Shown here one piece after another: positions 13,505 through 25,900 of a DNA stretch of 64,000 nt. A program made the position numbers and the translations under genes. This stretch comes from Octopus sinensis (taxonomy: Eukaryota), in contig NC_043024.1 in NCBI RefSeq assembly GCF_006345805.1, positions 2,666,001-2,730,000 of the forward strand. The letters run 5' to 3'. Below the pieces are notes generated by a model. It was not told the DNA's origin. It saw only the letters and a program-made list of their open reading frames with translations, and made no database searches. The first letter of the stretch is position 1, and every line of letters begins with the position of its first letter.

Positions 13505-14846
13505 TGTATGTGTGCGTTTATGCGTTTGTGTTTGTCCCCCCCAACATCACTTGACAACCGATGCTGGTGTGTTTATGCCTCTGTAACTTAGCGGTTCGGC
13601 AAAAGTGACCGATAGAATAAGTACGAGGCTTACAAAAAATAAGTCCTGGGGCCACTTTGCTGGGGTTTGGATGTAACGTAGGGGTTGCATCTGTTGACTT
13701 GACACCCTGTTTTTTAATTAACACAAATTAGGTTATATTAATTAGCACTTTTTAATAATACACACCAGTGTGTTATGTAATTAATGACCTGTGGCCTCTA
13801 CCTGGAATGTAATAGGCGCAGGAGTGGCTGTGTGGTAAGTAGCTTGTTTACCAACCACATGGTTCCGGGTTCAGTCCCACTTTGTGGCATCTTGGGTGAG
13901 TGTCTTCTACTATAGCACCGGGCTGACTAAAGCCTTGTGAGTGGATTTGGTAGACGGAAACTGAAAGAAGCCTGTCGTATATATGTATATATATGTATGT
14001 GTGTGTATGTGTTTGTGTGTATTTTGTGTGTATGTGTTTGTCCCCCCAACATCGCTTGACAACCGATGCTGGTGTGTTTACGTCCCCGTAATTTAGCGGT
14101 TCGGCAAAAATGAGACCGATAGAATAAGTACTAGGCTTACAAAGAATAAGTCCTGGGTTCGATTTGATCGACTAAAGGCGGTGCTCCAGCATGGCCTCAG
14201 TCAAATGACTGAAACAAGTAAAAGAGTAAAAGAGTCCACTTATGCATACCTTTCCTTCTTGAGACACAAAACTCTACCTGTGAAGACCTGTTGAGGCAAG
14301 TGAGAATCAAAATCGAAATCGATCAACATCAATGGAAATTGTAGCTGTGATACCAGTGCTGGTGGCACATAAAAGAACCATCCGAACGTGGCTGTTGCCA
14401 GCACCGCCCTGACTGGCCACCGTGCCGGTGGCACGTAAAAAAGCACCAACCGTTCGTGGCCGTTGCCAGCCTTGCCTAGCCTTCGTACCGGTGGCACGTA
14501 AAAAGCACCATCCAATCGTGGCCATTTGCCAACCTCGCCTGGCCTCCGTGCCGGTGGCATGTAAAAAGCACCATCCGATCGTGGCCGTTTGCCAGCCTTG
14601 CCCAGCCTCCGTGCCGGTGGCACGTAAATAGCACCATCTGATCGTGGCCGTTTGCCAGCCTCGCCTGGCACCTGTGTCGGTGGCACGTAAAAAGCCCCCA
14701 CTACACTCATGGTGTGGTTGGCATTAGGAAGGGCACCCAGCTGTAGAAACATTGCCAGATCAGACTGGGCCTGGTGCAGCCTTCTGGCTTCCCAGACCCC
14801 AGTTGAACCGTCCAACCCATGCTAGCATGGAAAGCGGACGCTAAAC

Positions 14847-14878
<32 letters not shown>

Positions 14879-15369
14879 GAACTCAAAACTGTTAATGAAT
14901 ATAACTTGTAATTATTCATTTAATGAGGTTAAGTCTCGTAATTAAGAAAGCTATGCGAAATGTCTGACCTTAATATAATTTGTGTGTGTGCATATATACG
15001 TATGTGAGTGCGTGTGTGTGTGTTTCTGTGTGCATATGTACGTGTGTAATTATGCGTGGTCATGTCTGTGCATGCATTTGTGTGTGTACCTGTATGCGCC
15101 TCTATATTGTGTGTATATATGTATTCATATATGTGTGTGTGTGCATCTACATGTGCATATATATATGTCAGGATGCCATGATAGATCGTTAGCTCCTACA
15201 CGCATTTTTTTCTCTCCTTGTTTTCTTCTGTGTATCTTTCTGTCGAAGAGCGTAGGCTCGAAACGTAAAAGACTTTTCCTATTTCTATACCTGAGCGCCA
15301 TACTAATACAATTGTTTGTTTGTACTCCACCTGCCTTCGTCTTTTGTTTATTTTTGTAAACCTTCCCGT

Positions 15370-15435
<66 letters not shown>

Positions 15436-17268
15436 TTCTGTCGAAGAGCGTAGGCTCAAAACGTAAAGGACTTTCTCTACTTCTATTCCTGAGCGCCATA
15501 CTAATACATTTGTTTGTTTGTACTCCACCTGCCTTTGTCTTTTGTTTATTTTCGCAAACTTTCCCGTTATATATGTGTATATGTATTTATATGTATTTAT
15601 GTCTTTAATTTTCCTTAGTAAAGAGAGGAGCAGGTATGTTATTGCCACTAAGGTCCGGTTCAACAACAACCCCAAAGATCCGACCGACGTCAACGCTGTT
15701 GGACTCAGTCGTAAACACATTGTGGCTGGCTTGGAGAAGAGTCTTGAGTGTCTGCAGACCAATTATGTGGACCTTTATCAGGTAAGTCCCCACTTGCTAT
15801 AACACACACACACACATTCAAATTTTGTAGGGAGGAATTAAGTTAAGTTAAGTTAAATTTTTTGGCTCAAAAAGCAAGAAGCAAGGCCATGTAGGGGGAC
15901 ATGGAGTTATGTACAGGGAGGGTGTTCATGCAAAGAGTTCAGGCCATTTCTGGTCAAGCGAGACTTTGAACCGAGTGGGCGTCGGCATCTTCACTATCTC
16001 GTCCAGCAGCTTATTCCACGGATCCGCAACCCAGACGGAGAAAGCCCCTCTCCTTCGATTGAGATGAAATTGTCACAGATAGAGCTTTTCGGAGTGACCC
16101 CGCAGTGACCCAGTTAGAATAGCATAGAAAGGATAAAGCATCTGTAGTAGTTATTTAGTTCAGTTAGATCTGATCTTAGCTGGCCAGTGATAAAACACAT
16201 TCCAAGCAAGACCACCCTGTCTTGTTTTCAGGAATAGTCTACAAAACGGGCTGGAAAGTTCCTGGCTGTGGTTAAAAGAAAATACAGGAAGATCAATTAA
16301 TTATGATTTTACTTAGCATATTTCCTATTCCGTCTCCAAAGACTGCTGTTCCGTCTCCGAAGACTCCTGTTCTGTCTCCAAAGACCCATGTTCTGTCTCC
16401 AAAGACCCATGTTCCATCTCCAAAGACTCATATTACCTCTCCAAAGATTCCTATTCCGTCTCCAAAGACTCCTATTTTATCTCCAAAGACTCATATTCCG
16501 TCTCCAAAGACTCCTACTTTGTCCCCAAAGCCTCGCATTCCATCTTCAGAGATGAGATCAACACCTAAAAAGCCATTCCAGTTCTTACCACATCTCTATT
16601 TATTTTTTTTCCCCCTTCGTAACCAGGCTCATTGTTGGGACAGTGGTACACCAATCAAGGAAACCCTTTTGACCTTCCACGATTTACAAAGAGCTGGCAA
16701 GATCCATCATATTGGTGTAAGCAATTTCTGTGGCTGGCAGCTACAGAAAACGGTTGATCTGGCCAACCACATCGGTATGTCATCAATTCTTACTCTTCAG
16801 GTAAGTTGAAGCAATATTTTAGAGGTTGTTTTTTTCCTAATTTTGTTTTACTTTTGTTCTTTTATTTCACTATACCGGAGTAAACATAAATGTGAAACAA
16901 GGTGGAAAAAAGAGTACTCAAATACCAGTGGTAGAGTAATATGCTTTATTTAAAAGCAGCAGAAATTCAACAAAACCTGTTACTCAGAGTAACAGGTTTT
17001 GTTGAATTTCTACTGCTTTTAAATAAAGTATATATATAAGATAAATATTTCAATTACCTGAAGATTGACTGTAACCATAACTCGAATTATTACGAATTGG
17101 ACAGCCATGAAACGATCGTAGTGTTTTACTCATTATCTTTTATTAAACTTTTAATACTTTTGATATATACTTAAAATAATATAAATTAATTAATTTTATG
17201 TATTGGCTTAAGTTTTTCATTGTTTGATTTGCCTAATAGTGGTTTTATCTCTAATTTAATATAATATA

Positions 17269-17300
<32 letters not shown>

Positions 17301-20270
17301 TATATATAGGGTTATCCCATAAATAATGCAGCTTTTGTGTACTTCTTTTATTTCTCAAAATTAAGATAAACAAAGTTCTTTCTTAATCTAAAATATACTC
17401 TCCTTCAGTTTCTGGTAGACTTATATCATCATCGCCTTCGTTTCACACCCATCTTCCATTCATGCATGCAGCCAAGTAGAAAAACTACCCTAGGCTACTG
17501 TGTCTGTATGTATAATGCCTATTTTTGTTTCCATAGCAACAGTACAGTCTCATGGAGAGAAATGCTGAGTTTGAAGAATTCCAAGTGTGCCAAAATGATG
17601 GAATATCCATTTTACCGTGGAGTCCCCTGAAAGGGTAAGCAACATCCGACCTTTTTTTCTAGAGAAATTTGTAATTCTTTGAAATATTTGTCATTGTTCA
17701 CGTTACTATGACAACATTAGGGGAAGACGTTATGTGGTTGTTTGACATGCTAGAAATAGCAGTCATCTTTGTCAGACATACGTTTAAAGAACAAAAGGAA
17801 GGTTAAGGTCATATCTAGAGTGCTTTTGATCATCTTGCTCAGTCAGACTAGACCTAAAAACTGACCTGAGACTGACCAACAATAGCAAGACTGCCATAGA
17901 TCTTTTTGACCATAACTGACCTAGGGCTACTTACCATCACCACAATTGATCACAGCTCTGTTTGACCATAACTGACCTAGGCCCACATACCTTCATTATC
18001 ACCACCCTTGACCATAGCTGACCAAGGGGCATTCTCCACCTCTGACACCACAATTAATCACAGCTCTTTTTGACCATGACTGACCTAGGGCTACTTACCA
18101 TCACCACAATTGATCACAGCTCTTTTTCACCATAACTGACCTAGGCCCGCATACCTTAATTATCACCACCCTTGACCATAGCTGACCAAGGGGCACTCTC
18201 TGCCTCTGATATCACAATTAATCACAGCTCTTTTTGACCATGACTGACCTAGGGCTACTTACCATCACCACAATTGATCACAGCTCTTTTTGACCATGAC
18301 TGACCTAGGGCTACTTACCATCACCACAATTGATCACAGCTCTTTTTCACCATAACTGACCTAGGCCCGCATACCTTAATTATCACCACCCTTGACCATA
18401 GCTGACCAAGGGGCACTCTCTGCCTCTGATATCACAATTGATCACAGCTCTGTTTGACCATAACTGACCTAGGCCCGCATACCTTCATTATCACCCTTGA
18501 CCATAGCTGACCAAGGGGCAGCTCTGTTTGACCATAACTGACCTAGGCCCACATACCTTCATTATCACCACCCTTGACCATAGCTGACCAAGGGGCATTC
18601 TCCACCTCTGACACCACAATTAATCACAGCTCTTTTTGACCATGACTGACCTAGGGCTACTTACCATCACCACAATTGATCACAGCTCTTTTTCACCATA
18701 ACTGACCTAGGCCCGCATACCTTAATTATCACCACCCTTGACCATAGCTGACCAAGGGGCACTCTCTGCCTCTGATATCACAATTCATCACAGCTCTGTT
18801 TGACCATAACTGACCTAGGCCCGCATACCTTCATTATCACCCTTGACCATAGCTGACCAAGGGGCACTCTCTGCCTCTGATATCACAATTCATCACAGCT
18901 CTGTTTGACCATAACTGACCTAGGCCCGCATACCTTCATTATCACCCTTGACCATAGCTGACCAAGGGGCACTCTCTGCCTCTGATATCACAATTCATCA
19001 CAGCTCTGTTTGACCATAACTGACCTAGGCCCGCATACCTTCATTATCACCCTTGACCATAGCTGACCAAGGGGCACTCTCTGCCTCTGATATCACAATT
19101 CATCACAGCTCTGTTTGACCATAACTGACCTAGGCCCGCATACCTTCATTATCACCCTTGACCATAGCTGACCAAGGGGCACTCTCTGCCTCTGATATCA
19201 CAATTCATCACAGCTCTGTTTGACCATAACTGACCTAGGCCCGCATACCTTCATTATCACCCTTGACCATAGCTGACCAAGGGGCACTCTCTGCCTCTGA
19301 TATCACAATTCATCACAGCTCTGTTTGACCATAACTGACCTAGGCCCGCATACCTTAATTATCACCACCCTTGACCATAGCTGACCAAGGGGCACTCTCT
19401 GCCTCTGATATCACAATTCATCACAGCTCTGTTTGACCATAACTGACCTAGGCCCGCATACCTTCATTATCACCACCCTTGACCATAGCTGACCAAGGGG
19501 CACTCTCTGCCTCTGATATCACAATTCATCACAGCTCTGTTTGACCATAACTGACCTAGGCCCGCATACCTTCATTATCACCCTTGACCATAGCTGACCA
19601 AGGGGCACTCTCTGCCTCTGATATCACAATTCATCACAGCTCTGTTTGACCATAACTGACCTAGGCCCGCATACCTTCATTATCACCCTTGACCATAGCT
19701 GACCAAGGGGCACTCTCTGCCTCTGATATCACAATTCATCACAGCTCTGTTTGACCATAACTGACCTAGGCCCGCATACCTTCATTATCACCCTTGACCA
19801 TAGCTGACCAAGGGGCACTCTCTGCCTCTGATATCACAATTCATCACAGCTCTGTTTGACCATAACTGACCTAGGCCCGCATACCTTCATTATCACCCTT
19901 GACCATAGCTGACCAAGGGGCACTCTCTGCCTCTGATATCACAATTCATCACAGCTCTGTTTGACCATAACTGACCTAGGCCCGCATACCTTAATTATCA
20001 CCACCCTTGACCATAGCTGACCAAGGGGCACTCTCTGCCTCTGATATCACAATTCATCACAGCTCTGTTTGACCATAACTGACCTAGGCCCGCATACCTT
20101 CATTATCACCCTTGACCATAGCTGACCAAGGGGCAGCTCTGTTTGACCATGACTGACTTTATAGTTGGGAAGCAAGGCTCTTAATCACACAACCATGTAC
20201 ATGTGTGTGTGTCTTACCTGGCTAACCAAAGCCTTGGGAATGAATTCGTTAGTGAGATACTGAAAGAAGC

Positions 20271-20305
<35 letters not shown>

Positions 20306-20536
20306 TGTCTTGACAACATGTGATGGTTGTAAATGAGTTTCACTGTCATACAAGCAGTGTTGTTTGTTTTCAATCTTCCATGAAAAACTTGTCTGACCAG
20401 GGGGGGGGGGGGATATTACCTTGCTGGGGGAAACAGGAGGGAGGTTGGCAACAGGAAGAGCATCCAGCTGTAGAAAACCTGCCTTACAAATTCAGTCTGT
20501 CTTATGCAAGCACGAGAAAGTGGAAGTTAATGATGT

Positions 20537-20600
<64 letters not shown>

Positions 20601-22957
20601 GGTGGTGATGATGATGATGATGATGATGATGGTGATGATAATGATGATGAGGATGATGATGATTATGGTGATGATGCTGATGCTGATGATGATGATGATG
20701 ATGATGGTGGTGGTTGTGGTGGTGGTGGTGGTGGTGTGTGGGTGGGTGGGTGTGGATTTGCGTACGTTTGCATCATAAGCGGAATGTGTAACCTCTCGAA
20801 AGAGCTGTTCTCCACTCCTGCTCCAGAGCGTTGGCTGCGGGGTCACTCCGAAAAGCTCTATCTGCGACAATTTCATCTCAATCGAAGGAGAGGAGCTTTC
20901 TCCGTCCGGGTTGCGGATCCGTGGAACAAGCTGCCGGACGAGATAGTGAAGATGCCGACGCCCACTCGGTTCAAAGTCTCTTTTGACCAGAAATGGCCTG
21001 AACGCTTTGCATGATCACCCACGCTGTACATAACTCCATGTCCCCCTACATGGCCTTGCTTTTTGCTTTTGGAGCCAAAAAATTAACTTAGCTTAACATA
21101 AATAATCTTGCAAACCAAAGCCAAAAATAAAGATTTAGGTGAAAATAATGATGGTAATGGTAACAAACCTCAATGCCTTTGATAGCCATATTACTGAGTC
21201 TCTTGGTGCGTGTTTCCAGTGCCATTTGGAATGGTTGCAGGCATCTGTTCCGCAGCTGGTGCACAGGAATGTCAGATGCATTTGGGCTGGAGATGAATTC
21301 TGCAAAAAACATTGAATTGAGAAAAACCGGATTGATAGAAAAAGGAACAAACGATTTGTGTGAAATACATTTGAGATATGGTCTGGAAAGGGAGATATTT
21401 GAAACACTGTGTGTTTCATCTCAGTCGAAGGAGAGGGGCTTTCTCCGTCCGGGTTGCGGATCCGTGAAATAAGCTGCCGGACGAGATAGTGAAGATGCCG
21501 ACGACCACTCGGTTCAAAGTCTCTTTTGACTAGAAATGGCCTGAACGCTTTGCATGAACACCCTCCCTGTACATAACTCCATGTCCCCCTACACGGCCTT
21601 GCTTTTTGCTCTTTGAGCCAAAAAACTAACTTAACTTAACTTAACTTAACTTGCATGTGTGTGTGTGTGTGTGCATGTGTTTATTTGTGTGTGCATGTGC
21701 TTTCATTGAAGAAGCCCTTTTTTTTTTTTTCTGTCAGTGGTTTCCTCTCTGGTAAATTCAAAAGAACTGAAGCCCCTTCAGCAGAAACAAGGATCGGGTA
21801 TACAGCTCTGGATGAGAAAAATCGGACTCTTGAAATCCAGCCTGGATGGTCCGCATTACAATCCAGAGACGATGTTTGGCTCCTTCTTGACGCCATGACA
21901 AAAATTGCACAAAATCACAGTAAGTTCAGGGGTTTTTATCTTTTCTAACAGTCTGCCTTTACCTCCACCATCATTTTTATTATTCTTTTACTCAGTAGAA
22001 AAAGGGCAGTGTGAGACCCCTTTTTCATGCCCTTCCAGGCCAGTGGGGTACGTACCTGAACCAAATATTTCCAAAACAATAGACACTGCCAAAGTCATCC
22101 AAGAACATTGATGTGATTTGAACCATTTTCAAACCAGTCCATCCATGACTGTCCCTTTTACTTGTTTCGGTCATTTGACTGTAGTCATGCTGGAGCAAAA
22201 GACCCCGGGACTTATTCTTTGAAAGCCTAGTACTTATTCTATCGGTCTCTTTTGCTGAACTGCTAAGTGACGGGGATGCAAACACACCACCACCGGTTGT
22301 CAAGCGATGTTGGGGGCACAAACACAGACACACAAACATATACACACACATACATACATATATACGACAGGATTCTTTCAGTTTCTGTTTACCAGATCCA
22401 CTCACAAGGCTTTGGTCGGCCCGAGGCTATAGTAGAAGACCCTTGCCCAAGGTGCTACGCAGTGGGACTGAACCTGGAACCATGTGGTTGGTAAGCAAGC
22501 TACTTACCACACAACCACTCTTGCGTCTATAAAATATTTTTGTAAAATATTTTTTAATTTAAGATTTAAATATAATTTAAAATCTTTGTGTATTTTTAAG
22601 TTGCTGGAATTTATCTGCCATGATGTTTCAGTTTCAATCCCCAACGTCAGATCAAAATATTTTCTTGACAAGTTACAACTCTTAAATTTTTCTACCTTCT
22701 TTTTGTTTTTTGCTAGATAAAAGTGTGGCACAAGTTGCCATTCGGTGGCTCCTTCAGAGAAAGATGGTGGCATCAGTTATCTTCGGTGCTAAAACTATGA
22801 ACCAACTTGATGACAATATTGGGGCTTCCAGTGGCTGGGAACTGACATGTGAAGAGGTAGGGCTTTCTTAAAACTCCTTTTTATTCTCTATCTTGTTTTG
22901 TTAATGTCTGTCTTTTGATGCTAGAATCAGCTGGACTCCTTCAAACATACACAAACT

Positions 22958-22994
<37 letters not shown>

Positions 22995-25900
22995 AATGTA
23001 TATACATATGAAACTCTGGAGTCTGGCAGCTGACTTGGCAGACACCCATAGAATTATTAACCATCTTACAAACAATAACTCTGAGCACCTTTTCAAACTC
23101 CACCCGTCTAACACCCGTGGACATGTTTACAAAGTCAGAAAACAGCACAGCTCCTTCCATGACTTTCGGAAACATTTTTTCACGCTAAGAGTTGCTGAAG
23201 CATGGAACAAACTGCCGGCATCAGTTGTTAGTTGTTGGAGCACTGCATCCTTCAAAACTTCCATGCTTCCTGAGATTCGCCAACACTACACCTGATTTTC
23301 TCCCCTCCATACACATGCAAGCATGTATCTGACTAATACATTGTTCGTTTCCCAGACATTTTTACATTACTGCATATGCTTTATACGCACTTTTGACAAA
23401 TTGTGGTGCACCTGAGCACTCTCTTTACTCTTTACTCTTTTACTTGTTTCAGTCATTTTGACTGTGGCCATGCTGGAGCACCGCCTTTAGTCGAGCCAAT
23501 CAACCCCAGGACTTATTCTTTGTAAACCCAGTACTTATTCTATCAGTCTCTTTTGCTGAACCGCTAAGTGATGGGGGACATAAACACACCAGCATCGGTT
23601 GTCAAGCAATGCTAGGGGGACAAACACAGACACACAAACACACAAACATATATATATATATGCAATGGGCTTCTTTCAGTTTCCGTCTACCAAATCCACT
23701 CACAAGGAATTGGTCGGCCCGGGGCCATAGCAGAAGACACTTGCCCAAGATGCCACGCAGTGGGACTGAACCCGGAACCATGTGGTTGGTTAGCAAACTA
23801 CTTACCACACAGCCACTCCTGCACCTGTATACAATAATTTCATTATTATTATTATTATTAAAAGAATTCACACAATTGGATCTGGATCTGGTTATGGTAA
23901 TGGAGAAAGTTATGGAACCATTGATCTGTGACAGAATAGATTTAGATGAGATGCAGTTTGACTTCATGTTCAGAAGATGTATAATGGATGCAATTTTCCT
24001 TCTGGTGCAACTGCAGGAGAAATATTTGGCTACGGGCAAGCTGTTATTCTTGGGATTCTTTGACTTGGAGAAGACACCTGAGAAGGGAGCACCTTCAGTA
24101 ATTTGGTAATCCATAAGAAAACTAGACGTGAACGACTGTCTTGTAATGGCTGTACCAAGCTATGTACAAAGATGCATTGATGTAAAGTGGCATCCGGCCG
24201 TAGAAAGCTTGCCACACGCTTAGCGCTGCGTATATGTGCATACATTTTTGTAGGCGCGGGCATGGCTGTGTGGTTAGGGAGCTTGCTTCCTAGCTACATG
24301 GTTTCGGGTTCAGTCCCACTGCGTGGCACTTTGGGTAGGTGTCCTCCACTATAGCCCCCGAGCCGACCGGAGCTTTGTGATTGAATTCGGTAGGTGGAAG
24401 TTACTGCCATGTGTGTATATGTGCGTGTAGGTGCTTGTGCCTCTCCGAAAGAGAGAGAGGGAAATTGATGATTTTCGTGAAGTATTTAGTGTCAGGGTTG
24501 GAGTCCATCAAGGTTCAGTCCTCGGTCCCTTTCTATTCATCACATTCGTCAGGGGCAGATTTAAGACAGGCTGTCCGTGGAAACCCATATATGTTGATGA
24601 TCTGGTTCTCAGAGCAGAATCTCTGAGAGAATTAGAGAATAAATTCCAGACGTGGAAGCTAAACCTAGAATTAAGAAATAAACTTAGCAAAGTATCTTCA
24701 AGGAAATGGCTTTGTCCAATACTCAGCTAGAATACTAGCATAAATGGAATGTATGTATGCAGGAGTGGCTGTGTGGTAAGTAGCTTGTTTACCAACCACA
24801 TGGTGCCGGGTTCAGTCCCACTGCGTGGCACCTTGGGCAACTGTCTTCTGCTATAGCCTCGGGCCGACCATTGCCTTGTGAGTGGATTTGGTAGACTGAA
24901 ACTGAAAGAAGCCCGTCGTATATATGTATATATATATGCGAGTGTGTGTTTGTGTGTCTGTGTTTGTCCCCCCAACATCGCTTGACAACCGATGCTGGTA
25001 TGTTTACGTCACTGTAACTTAGCGGTTCGGCAAAAGAGACCGATAGGATAAGTACTGGGCTTACAAAAGAATAAGTCCCGGGGTCGAGTTGCTCGATTAA
25101 AGGCGGTGCTCCAGCATGGCTGCAGTCAAATGACTGAAACAAGTAAAAGAGTAAAAAAAAAAGAAAAGAGTATACTATCTATAGCTAATTCAAGGAGAAT
25201 GCTGCTGTATATAGCATTGTCTCAACACACCTAAACTGGTAGAAGCCATGAATAAATTCAACTAGAATTCACTGTGTAGATGTCATTGGCATTGGGAAAG
25301 ATTCTGTTGTCGTTTAGCTTATCAAATCCTCGTTAAGTAGACATGTGATCAAAGACGTTTCAGAAATGACCTCCCTGTCTATATCTTTTTAAGATGTAGT
25401 GTATGAAGGGCCTACGTGTCTTTTCTTTTTAAATAATGTAGGATGCGAGATAAGGGAGATTTGGCTGCTATTTCTAGCAGGGCAGGCAACTTAGCTATAA
25501 CAGCCTTGTGGTATTACTTATTACACAAAACATTGACCTTGTTTTGTCTCTTATCTTGTGTGTGTGTGTGTGTGTGTGAATATTGTGTGAGTTAGCTTTT
25601 TATATAACCTGTATGTAATCTTGAGTTACATCCAGGAGATAAAACAGTCTTCAGAAAGACAAATACCTCTGGTATTATCAATACCAACAGATAACAGGCC
25701 ACTTGAGTTATCTCCTACACTGGCTACAGTGAGATGGCGGAGTTGTTAGCACACCAGACATTGGTAGGATTTTAGCTGTCTTTACCTTCCGAGTTCAAAT
25801 TCCACCGAGGTCACCTTTACCTTTTATTTTATCAGGGTTGATAAAATAAGTACCAGTTGAACACTGGGGTCAATGTACCATATTTTAACATGTATAAGGA

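Noticed and set aside
16303-16626. SPKT-repeat region in frame with AKR exon 4
   Set aside because: 21-bp tandem repeat upstream of a good acceptor at 16626; including it would split the conserved DLYQ-AH motif
17900-20160. Repeat array as CRISPR or coding repeat
   Set aside because: Whole units repeat, no unique spacers, no ORF in the track; lies in AKR intron 5
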